A DNA stretch of 64,000 nt from positions 24,661 to 88,660 of the forward strand of contig JAUXSN010000026.1 of assembly GCA_030679895.1 (NCBI GenBank), in the 5' to 3' direction. Below are positions 27,811 to 35,183 of the stretch, one piece after another (the first letter of the stretch is position 1; each line of letters opens with the position of its first letter). Source of the stretch: Candidatus Moraniibacteriota bacterium (GTDB taxonomy: Bacteria > Patescibacteriota > Minisyncoccia > Moranbacterales > UBA11712). The notes under the pieces are model-generated. The model saw only the letters and a list, made by a program, of their open reading frames with translations, ran no database searches and had not been told where the DNA came from. The translations under genes were made by a program, and so were the position numbers.

Positions 27811-27860
27811 ACCCCGCGCCAAATATAGCAAAAATGCGCTTGGGATGCTAAAATCAAGCC

Positions 27861-29435
27861 ATGGAAGCAGTTTTTCGCTTTTTAGAAAAATACAGGAGTT
27901 ACTTCCTCGTTCTGATCTGTCTTATTGTTGGCGCTTATTTACGCTTTCACCACATAGGCCTTCGAACTTTTTGGCTCGACGAAGCCAGCTCGGCCACTTT
28001 GATAAAATACAATTTTTCGGACTTGTGGCGGGAAATCGCCCAGAAAGACAGCTGTCCCGCTTATCTTTTTTTTCTGAAAATATGGTCGCTCCTTTTTGGC
28101 GATTCAGAATTCGCCCTAAGATCTTTTTCCGCCACAGCCGGCCTGCTCTCGATAGCCGCTATTTACCGGCTTGGTAAAATGCTTTTTGGAAAAACCGCCG
28201 GCCTTTGGGCCGGATTTTTGCTGTCGATAAATTATTTTGGCATTTTTTATGCCATTCAAGCCCGGCCGTATTCTCTGGCAATTCTTTTCAGTATTTTATC
28301 TTATTATTATTTTGTTAAATTAATAAGAAATGAAAAGTCCGCTCTCAATGTTATTTTATATATCGTCGTAACCGCCGTCGGAATTTATATCCACATCTGG
28401 TTTTTCCTTATTTTAGGCTCCCAAATTCTCTATTGGCTGATAAAGAAAGCGGCAAAAAGAAGCTATTTCATATTTGCGATATACCCTGTTTTCATCATTC
28501 TCCTTTCCCTTCCATGGGCAAGCACCCTGCTCCGATTTGGAAAAAACGGCGCCAGTGATTGCTATGGACCGGCCAAACTAAGCGCCTTTTCGGAAACGTT
28601 TAACTATTTTATGTTCGGCAGCGCCGCCGTCTATATAATCTTTTCTTTGATCGTTTTGGCAAGCTATTTTATCGGAATCAAAAAAGAGGAAGAGGGGGAT
28701 ATTGTCCGCTATCGATTGGTGGAAAAAACCAGCGGAATAAAAATAAATGAAAACGCGTATTTGCTTCTGAATTATTTGTTTTTCCCTCTCATCTCCGCGT
28801 GGATCATATCCCAGTTCGTTCCCATCTATTTAACCGGGAGGCACGAAGCCGTTGTGCTTCCCGCTTTCATTCTGCTCGTGGCCGGCTTTTGGTCCACTTT
28901 TCCAAATAAAAAAATTATTTTAGCTGCGGCGCTGATTCTGATCGCCTTGGGCATCCGTTCCGCCGAAGCAGACAAGCAAGCCATAAACTCTTACAAAATC
29001 AACGATAGAACAATAGCTAGGGACTTGATAAATAATATGACCGGCAACGATGTCATCATTTTTACAGGCCTTAGCCGCCCTTCTTTCGATTATTATCTGC
29101 CCCGAGTGAACACGGAAAACAAAAAATATCTGGAGATTTCCTTTCCGGAAGAAATGGAACATCACCCCGCCTTCCAAAGCATTAGGATTATGAATACAAA
29201 AATTGATAAAATATCCTTTGAGGCTGACGCATTGATTGAGAAAATAACCAATCTCAAGCCGTCTCATATTTGGATAATTTTTGCCTCCGGCAACCCCGCC
29301 AGCGAAATTTTGCGCGAAAAGATGGATGAAAAATTTAAGCTGATTGAATCTACATCTTTTCTGGACCCGGAAACTTCCGCTCCTCAAGCGGACGTTTCTC
29401 CTTTGCATTTCCAATATATTTTGGAATATGAATGA
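27861..29435 (+). CDS. GT-C fold glycosyltransferase (GT39/ArnT-like)
   Basis: FWLDE loop, ALRSFS, QARPY, many TMs. Confidence 0.88.
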   Translation: MEAVFRFLEKYRSYFLVLICLIVGAYLRFHHIGLRTFWLDEASSATLIKYNFSDLWREIAQKDSCPAYLFFLKIWSLLFGDSEFALRSFSATAGLLSIAAIYRLGKMLFGKTAGLWAGFLLSINYFGIFYAIQARPYSLAILFSILSYYYFVKLIRNEKSALNVILYIVVTAVGIYIHIWFFLILGSQILYWLIKKAAKRSYFIFAIYPVFIILLSLPWASTLLRFGKNGASDCYGPAKLSAFSETFNYFMFGSAAVYIIFSLIVLASYFIGIKKEEEGDIVRYRLVEKTSGIKINENAYLLLNYLFFPLISAWIISQFVPIYLTGRHEAVVLPAFILLVAGFWSTFPNKKIILAAALILIALGIRSAEADKQAINSYKINDRTIARDLINNMTGNDVIIFTGLSRPSFDYYLPRVNTENKKYLEISFPEEMEHHPAFQSIRIMNTKIDKISFEADALIEKITNLKPSHIWIIFASGNPASEILREKMDEKFKLIESTSFLDPETSAPQADVSPLHFQYILEYE

Positions 29436-29502
29436 CCTTGTTTGAGAAATAATCCACGAAATGGTAAATTGAGCTTGATCCTCTAAGTTGTAAAACAAAC
29501 AT

Positions 29503-29703
29503 ATGGAACAAGAATTATTGGATAAATTGAATCAAATGGAGCAAAAAGTCGAGGAAACCCGCGTTCTGGCGCAAAAAACCTATAAGCTTTTTCTTTGGAC
29601 AATGATCGCAACGGTTGTGATGTTTGTTTTGCCGCTTATCGCGCTGGCGATTGTCATTCCCTATTTCCTAAAAACTATCACTTCAGGACTCAACGGACTA
29701 TAA
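29503..29703 (+). CDS. Small membrane protein
   Basis: 66 aa, coiled coil followed by a long hydrophobic helix. Confidence 0.75.
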   Translation: MEQELLDKLNQMEQKVEETRVLAQKTYKLFLWTMIATVVMFVLPLIALAIVIPYFLKTITSGLNGL

Positions 29704-29719
29704 AAAAATATCAGTAACA

Positions 29720-29747
29720 AAAAAAGTTTCCACTCGGAAACTTTTTT
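29720..29747. terminator. Bidirectional terminator
   Basis: AAAAAAGTTTCC-ACTC-GGAAACTTTTTT between convergent genes. Confidence 0.8.
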
Positions 29748-29773
29748 ATATACGAAATACTAAACACCAGCTG

Positions 29774-31237
29774 CTATTCCACTTGATAATTCGGCGATTC
29801 TTTCGTGATGGTCACATCATGGACGTGGCTTTCCTTGAGTCCCGCGTTTGAAATTTTGATAAACTTCGCTTTCTCTTGAAGTTCTTTCAGATTTTTGCAT
29901 CCGCAATACCCCATTCCCGAACGCAGCCCTCCCATAAGCTGATAAACGCTCTGCGAAAGCGGTCCCTTGTAGGGAACGCGCCCTTCAATTCCCTCCGGAA
30001 CCAATTTTGAAGCTTCAACCCCGCTCTGGCCGTAACGATCCCTGGACCCCTGCATCATCGCTCCCAACGACCCCATGCCGCGGTAGAGTTTATAGTGCCG
30101 GCCTTGGTATAGGATCGTCTCGCCCGGCGATTCATCCGTTCCGGCAAAGAGGCTTCCGATCATCACCGCGTTCGCGCCAGCCGCCAGAGCCTTGGTGATA
30201 TCACCCGAATATTTCACTCCCCCGTCGGCAATGACGGGAATATTATATTTTTTTGCCACGCCGACAACATTTTGAATGGCCGTGATTTGAGGCATACCCG
30301 CTCCCGACACAATTCTTGTTGTGCAAATCGATCCCGGACCGATGCCGACTTTCAAAGCGTCCGCTCCAGCTTTTATGAGATCTTCCGCCGCTTCCGCGAT
30401 GGCGATATTCCCGGCAATGACGGGAATATTAAATTTCTTTTTTATTTCTTTCAGCGTATTCAAGACGGATTGGCTGTGGCCATGCGCCGTATCGATTGAA
30501 ATTAAATCGGCGTTAGCTTCCATCAACAAACCAACCCTATCGAGAGTATCGGCGCTCGTACCGACAGCCGCTCCCACCCGAAGCCTCCCTAATTTATCCT
30601 TGCAAGCGTTGGGATATTTCTTTTTCTTTTCAATGTCCTTTACGGTAATGAGTCCCTTAAGGATATAATTTTTATCGACAATAAGCAGTTTTTCGATCTT
30701 GTATTTTCCCAGAACCCTTTTGGCTTGGTCGAAGTCCGTTCCGACCGGCGCGGTGATCAAATTGTCTTTAGTCATCACCTGCCTCACCGTTTTTTTGATA
30801 TTCGTTTCGAAACGGAGATCGCGGTTGGTAATAATGCCGATTAATTTCCCTTTTTTATCCGTGACGGGCACGCCGGAAATGCGATAATGTTTCATCAGCT
30901 TCATGACATCGGAAATCAGAACATCCGCGGAGACAGTCACCGGGTCTATGATCATTCCTGATTCTGATTTTTTCACCTTTTCAATTTCACCGGCTTGTTG
31001 GGCCGGCGTCATATTGCGGTGGATAAAACCGATGCCTCCTTCTTGCGCGAGCGCGATCGCGAGAGCTGATTCCGTCACTGTGTCCATCGCCGCAGAAAGT
31101 ATCGGGATGTTCAATTTTATTTCGCGCGTGAGAAGCGTCGTCACGTCCGCGTCTTTCGGCATCACTTCTGATTTTCGCGGAACGAGCAGAACGTCGTCAA
31201 AAGTGAGTCCCGTTTCAATTTTTTTTATTGTTGGCAT
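29774..31237 (-). CDS. guaB: IMP dehydrogenase
   Basis: [11 protein letters not shown] pair, [17 protein letters not shown]. Confidence 0.97.
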   Translation of the reverse strand: MPTIKKIETGLTFDDVLLVPRKSEVMPKDADVTTLLTREIKLNIPILSAAMDTVTESALAIALAQEGGIGFIHRNMTPAQQAGEIEKVKKSESGMIIDPVTVSADVLISDVMKLMKHYRISGVPVTDKKGKLIGIITNRDLRFETNIKKTVRQVMTKDNLITAPVGTDFDQAKRVLGKYKIEKLLIVDKNYILKGLITVKDIEKKKKYPNACKDKLGRLRVGAAVGTSADTLDRVGLLMEANADLISIDTAHGHSQSVLNTLKEIKKKFNIPVIAGNIAIAEAAEDLIKAGADALKVGIGPGSICTTRIVSGAGMPQITAIQNVVGVAKKYNIPVIADGGVKYSGDITKALAAGANAVMIGSLFAGTDESPGETILYQGRHYKLYRGMGSLGAMMQGSRDRYGQSGVEASKLVPEGIEGRVPYKGPLSQSVYQLMGGLRSGMGYCGCKNLKELQEKAKFIKISNAGLKESHVHDVTITKESPNYQVE

Positions 31238-31392
31238 AAAATTTGGAAAAATTATTAAAAAATAAAGCCCCAAAAAAAGAGAGCTTGTTCCTTTTTATAA
31301 ATATAGTATTTTTTGGAGATTGTGTCAAAAATAGAAAAATGGTTGACGTAACTGTATTTTTCCTTATATTTAATACCAAGAAGGTGCGTGGC

Positions 31393-31506
31393 ATGAAACC
31401 TTTTTTCCGCCGGATGCTAATGACTTTGGAGTTCCACTTTGACTGGTTATTGGGGAGAATATTGCCCGATTGCATCATCAAAGCGATCGACCGAAGACTG
31501 GGTTAA
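31393..31506 (+). CDS. Possible 37-aa small protein
   Basis: AAGGTG SD-like site, TTGACG promoter-like element upstream, hairpin at 31519-31550 downstream. Confidence 0.4.
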   Translation: MKPFFRRMLMTLEFHFDWLLGRILPDCIIKAIDRRLG

Positions 31507-31568
31507 TGCCTCCGAGAGTGCTGCTGCTTCCTTCTTTAAGGGAGCAGCAGCCAATTTATTTATCACAA

Positions 31569-32150
31569 ATGACAAAAAACATAATCAATATATCAAAATT
31601 AATTAGGTGCAATAAAATCGGTGTCATACCCACCGACACTATCTATGGCATCGTGGCTTCGGCGTGGTCGAAAAAAGCGGTTGCGCGAGCCTATAAAATA
31701 ATGGGGCGTGATCCCAAAAAACCTTTTATTATTCTCATCTCATCAATTGAAGATTTAGCCTTATTTAAGGTGAAAATAGACAATGCGACAAAAAATATTC
31801 TCAAAAAACTCTGGCCGGGAAAAATCAGTGTGGTTTTGCCAATTCCCTTCAAAAGATTCCAGTATCTCCATCGCGGAACAAAAACTCTTGCTTTTCGCGT
31901 TCCGAAAAAGCCCAGTTTGATAAAAATACTGAAATATTCCGGTCCGCTAATCTCAACTAGCGCCAATCCGCAAGGCTTGAAACCGGCTGCGACTATCACG
32001 GAAGCAAAAAAATATTTCGCGGATGAAATAGATTTTTATATCAATAACGGAAAAATGCCGCTTTTCCCTTCTACCCTGGTGGAGATTAAGCATAATAAGA
32101 TCGTCATTAAAAGAATAGGCGTTGGTAAGATACCCAATGAGCTGTTATAA
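31569..32150 (+). CDS. tsaC: Threonylcarbamoyl-AMP synthase (YrdC/Sua5)
   Basis: PTDTIYG, LWPG, AFRVP, STSAN, PSTLV. Confidence 0.9.
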   Translation: MTKNIINISKLIRCNKIGVIPTDTIYGIVASAWSKKAVARAYKIMGRDPKKPFIILISSIEDLALFKVKIDNATKNILKKLWPGKISVVLPIPFKRFQYLHRGTKTLAFRVPKKPSLIKILKYSGPLISTSANPQGLKPAATITEAKKYFADEIDFYINNGKMPLFPSTLVEIKHNKIVIKRIGVGKIPNELL

Positions 32151-32223
32151 TCATCGAGGAAATAATTTTACTATCTCTGCGTATTAGATAAAGCCTAATA
32201 ATTAATAAGTTAACTTATATATT

Positions 32224-32346
32224 ATGGAAGACAAATGCCCAAACTGCGGCGAGCCTACGGAGAGCTGCAAGTGCGAATCGAGCGAAGAAAAATCCGGTTG
32301 CGATTGTTCCTGTTGCGGCCATCCGTGCGAACCGGAAGAAAAATAA
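32224..32346 (+). CDS. 40-aa Cys-rich metallothionein-like microprotein (below the ORF-track cutoff)
   Basis: MEDKCPNCGEPTESCKCESSEEKSGCDCSCCGHPCEPEEK; 9 Cys + 1 His; own terminator. Confidence 0.75.
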   Translation: MEDKCPNCGEPTESCKCESSEEKSGCDCSCCGHPCEPEEK

Positions 32347-32355
32347 TCCCATTGC

Positions 32356-32390
32356 AAAAATCAACTTCGCCCGCCGCGAAGTTGATTTTT
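32356..32390 (+). terminator. Strong hairpin terminator
   Basis: AAAAATCAACTTCGC-CCGCC-GCGAAGTTGATTTTT. Confidence 0.8.
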
Positions 32391-32423
32391 CGATACGATA
32401 ATTTGTCATGAGCAAAAAAACAG

Positions 32424-33152
32424 ATGCTTTACAATGTTAAATTATTTAGAAAATATCAAAATATTCAAGCTTTTTTCTCCCGAAAATCAGATAGTTCAAT
32501 GAAATTGACAAGCAATTCCCTTTTGAAAAAAAGAATATCCGCCAATCGAGAAGATTATTTCGTGAAAAATAACATCGATCCGAAAAATGTTGTTTCGGCA
32601 AAAATAGTTCATGAAAAGAAGCTTGCTGCTGTTCATGAAAAAGACAGCAGGAAAATTATATCAGGCGTTGATGGATTAATTACTCAAAATAAAAACATAT
32701 TTTTATCAATAACTTCAGCTGATTGCCTGCCGATTTTTTTGTTCGAGCCGGAAAAAGAAATTATCGGCATGATCCACGCCGGCTGGCGGAACCTGGAAAA
32801 AGGCATCGCATCCAATGCTGTCGAAAAAATTATTAAACTTGGCGGAAGACCGGAAAATATTTTGGTCGGGATTGGCCCCGCTATCTGCCAAAAACATTAT
32901 GAAGTCGGACTGGAGGTCGCGGAAAAATTCAAAAAATATCCCGAGGCGATAAAAAAAGAGGGTGGAAAAACATATCTGGACATAAAAAAAATCGCCCAGC
33001 TTCAGCTCTTGGAATTGGGAATAAGAAAAGGAAATATTGAAATTAGTTCTGAATGTACTTTTGAACTTCCTAAAAAATATTTTTCGGCGAGACGAGACAA
33101 ACCAAAGATAGTAGAAGCAATGATAGCAGTAATCGGAATGAAAAATACTTGA
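32424..33152 (+). CDS. pgeF: Peptidoglycan editing factor PgeF/YfiH
   Basis: IVH, DGLIT, ADCLPI, IHAGWR, GPAI, CT, FSARR. Confidence 0.92.
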   Translation: MLYNVKLFRKYQNIQAFFSRKSDSSMKLTSNSLLKKRISANREDYFVKNNIDPKNVVSAKIVHEKKLAAVHEKDSRKIISGVDGLITQNKNIFLSITSADCLPIFLFEPEKEIIGMIHAGWRNLEKGIASNAVEKIIKLGGRPENILVGIGPAICQKHYEVGLEVAEKFKKYPEAIKKEGGKTYLDIKKIAQLQLLELGIRKGNIEISSECTFELPKKYFSARRDKPKIVEAMIAVIGMKNT

Positions 33153-33211
33153 TATAAATGGAAGTCGAACTTCCAAAGATATCAAAAGATTATCCCACTT
33201 CTGTATATTTT

Positions 33212-33321
33212 GTGCCCTCGACAGCCCCGCTCCTCACGAAGGGCGGGGTAAAGAATCACACGATATAGTTTTCTTGTGTCCTCAGAGGGAGTCGAACCTT
33301 CATCTCCCCGCCACGGCGGGG
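33212..33321 (-). repeat. Two partial copies of the tRNA-Arg 3' end alternating with GC hairpins
   Basis: AGGTTCGACTCCCTCTGAGGACAC (33299-33276) and CTGTCGAGGGCAC (33224-33212). Confidence 0.7.
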
Positions 33322-33341
33322 CGCTCTTTTTTTATAGCTAG

Positions 33342-33413
33342 TGTCCTCGACAGGAATCGAACCTGTATTTTGAGTTCCGGAAACTCACGTCCTATCCGTT
33401 GGACTACGAGGAC
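33342..33413 (-). tRNA. tRNA-Arg(CCG), CCA not encoded
   Basis: GTCCTCG/CGAGGAC acceptor, TGAGT-TT CCG GA-ACTCA, GGTTCGATTCC. Confidence 0.95.
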
Positions 33414-33417
33414 TTTT

Positions 33418-34707
33418 CTATCTATCCTTCCAGTTTTCCCTTCTTAATTTCTTGTGATAACTGATCGCGAAGCGGTGGGCTTCGTTTCGGATTCGCTCAA
33501 GCAATTTTTCGTCGCTCAATATCCGATTATACTTCTCTCTTATTTGCTCATTTCGACCGAGATATGTCAAGAGAAACTTTGACTGATAGACATCCAGTTT
33601 TTTTCGCGTCGGTCCTTTGGCAACTGCGATGACCGGGATATCCATTTTAAAATCCTTCAAAACGCTTTGCGCCATATTGAGATGCCCCTTTCCCCCATCA
33701 AGAAGAATTAGATCCGGTCTTGCCCAGTTATTTTTGAATCTCCTATATAATACTTCTCGCATCATGGCCACGTCATCAATTCCGGATACGGTTTTTATTT
33801 TGAACTTTCGGTATTCGTTTTTATCCTCCTTCCCATTTGTAAATACAACCATCGAGCCAACCGCGTAATCCCCGCCGATGTTTGAAATATCATAGGCTTC
33901 AATCCTGAATGGTTTTGGAAGTTTAGCTTCCATAATGGAAGCTAAACTTCCACTTCCACTATCCTCGGATATCAACACCACATCCCGAATATGCTCCAGA
34001 GCAAAGATCCGATTGCGCGTTTCAGCGGCTTTTTCGAATTCTCTTTTTTTGGAATAATCTTTCATTTCTTTTTCCAGTTTTCCAATCAAACTTTTTTTCT
34101 TGCCTTCAAGGATCATCTTCACTCCCCGAATATTTTTGAGATAATCTTTTTTCGAAATCGCGCCCGCGTACGGCCCCGGACATCTTCCGATCTGGAAATC
34201 GAAACAACATTGACTCGTCGCCCGCTTTGCGCTGTGAAACGGAAAAATTCTGCGGATGAGTTTCAAAGCAATATTCATTTGGTGCTTCGAGAGATACGGC
34301 CCGTATATTTTTTTCGCCGGTACTTTCCCCAGTTCCGTTTTCCAAAGGATCACCACCCGCGGAAATTTTTCTTTGGTGATCACAAAATAGCCGAAACTCT
34401 TGTCATCTTTCGCCATCACATTATATTTCGGCTGGTGTTTTTTGATGAGATTTGCTTCCAAAATCAGCGCTTCAAGAACCGAATCAGTTTCATGGATTTT
34501 AATGTCCGCAACTTGCAAAACCATCGGCTCAATATTCGGCCTGTCGAGGTGAAACCTCGACAGGAAATAACTCCCCACCCGATCCTTGAGACTCGTCGCT
34601 TTCCCAATATAAAGAATTTTCCCTTGCTTATCACGGAATTCGTACACGCCGGGGGATTTTGGAAGCTTATTTATGCTGTTTTTTGGGGCTTGGCTTGACA
34701 ATGGCAT
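33418..34707 (-). CDS. uvrC: Excinuclease ABC subunit C, shortened (no C-terminal HhH)
   Basis: GIY-YIG (PGVY..LYIGKA), UVR domain, RIEAYDISN, LLDGGKGHL, RNEAHRFA. Confidence 0.93.
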   Translation of the reverse strand: MPLSSQAPKNSINKLPKSPGVYEFRDKQGKILYIGKATSLKDRVGSYFLSRFHLDRPNIEPMVLQVADIKIHETDSVLEALILEANLIKKHQPKYNVMAKDDKSFGYFVITKEKFPRVVILWKTELGKVPAKKIYGPYLSKHQMNIALKLIRRIFPFHSAKRATSQCCFDFQIGRCPGPYAGAISKKDYLKNIRGVKMILEGKKKSLIGKLEKEMKDYSKKREFEKAAETRNRIFALEHIRDVVLISEDSGSGSLASIMEAKLPKPFRIEAYDISNIGGDYAVGSMVVFTNGKEDKNEYRKFKIKTVSGIDDVAMMREVLYRRFKNNWARPDLILLDGGKGHLNMAQSVLKDFKMDIPVIAVAKGPTRKKLDVYQSKFLLTYLGRNEQIREKYNRILSDEKLLERIRNEAHRFAISYHKKLRRENWKDR

Positions 34708-34760
34708 ATTTTTTATATATTGTTATCTGAAAACCAAATAAAGCGAATTAAGGAGGCGTC

Positions 34761-35003
34761 ATGCAGTACGTTATCGTTGAGAGGGTTCACATCACGAACC
34801 TTCATACGGTATTTGGCCCGTATTCTTCTCTAGGAGTGGTGGGAAGAATTTTACAGAATAAAGGATATCACCTCTACCTCAACTGGGAGAAATCCGCCGG
34901 ACGGTTGGTGTATGAAAAGGAAAATGAGCGGGGCACGCACACCATCAAAACAGTAAGCGCAGTTGTGTGCCCGATTCTTCCGGACGCCAGCGGCATGGTT
35001 TAA
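34761..35003 (+). CDS. Small hypothetical protein
   Basis: AAGGAGG SD, TTGACA promoter-like element at 34695, terminator at 35035-35072. Confidence 0.7.
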   Translation: MQYVIVERVHITNLHTVFGPYSSLGVVGRILQNKGYHLYLNWEKSAGRLVYEKENERGTHTIKTVSAVVCPILPDASGMV

Positions 35004-35095
35004 TTTAATCACCGACTTGGTGACCACCCATAGTGGGAGCAGGTTTTATAGCTTGTCTCCCGCTTTTTTATTTGTAAAAAACCCTGACTCCTTTT

Positions 35096-35176
35096 TGTCA
35101 TTCCCGCGAAAGCGGGAATCCAGTAATCGTTGCTATTCAGTTTTTTTCTGGATTCCGCATCAAGTGCGGGATGACA
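35096..35176. repeat. Family B REP-like doublet (GTCATYCCG...CGGGATCCAG)
   Basis: TGTCATTCCCGCGAAAGCGGGAATCCAG ... CTGGATTCCGCATCAAGTGCGGGATGACA. Confidence 0.9.
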
Positions 35177-35183
35177 CTTCGTG

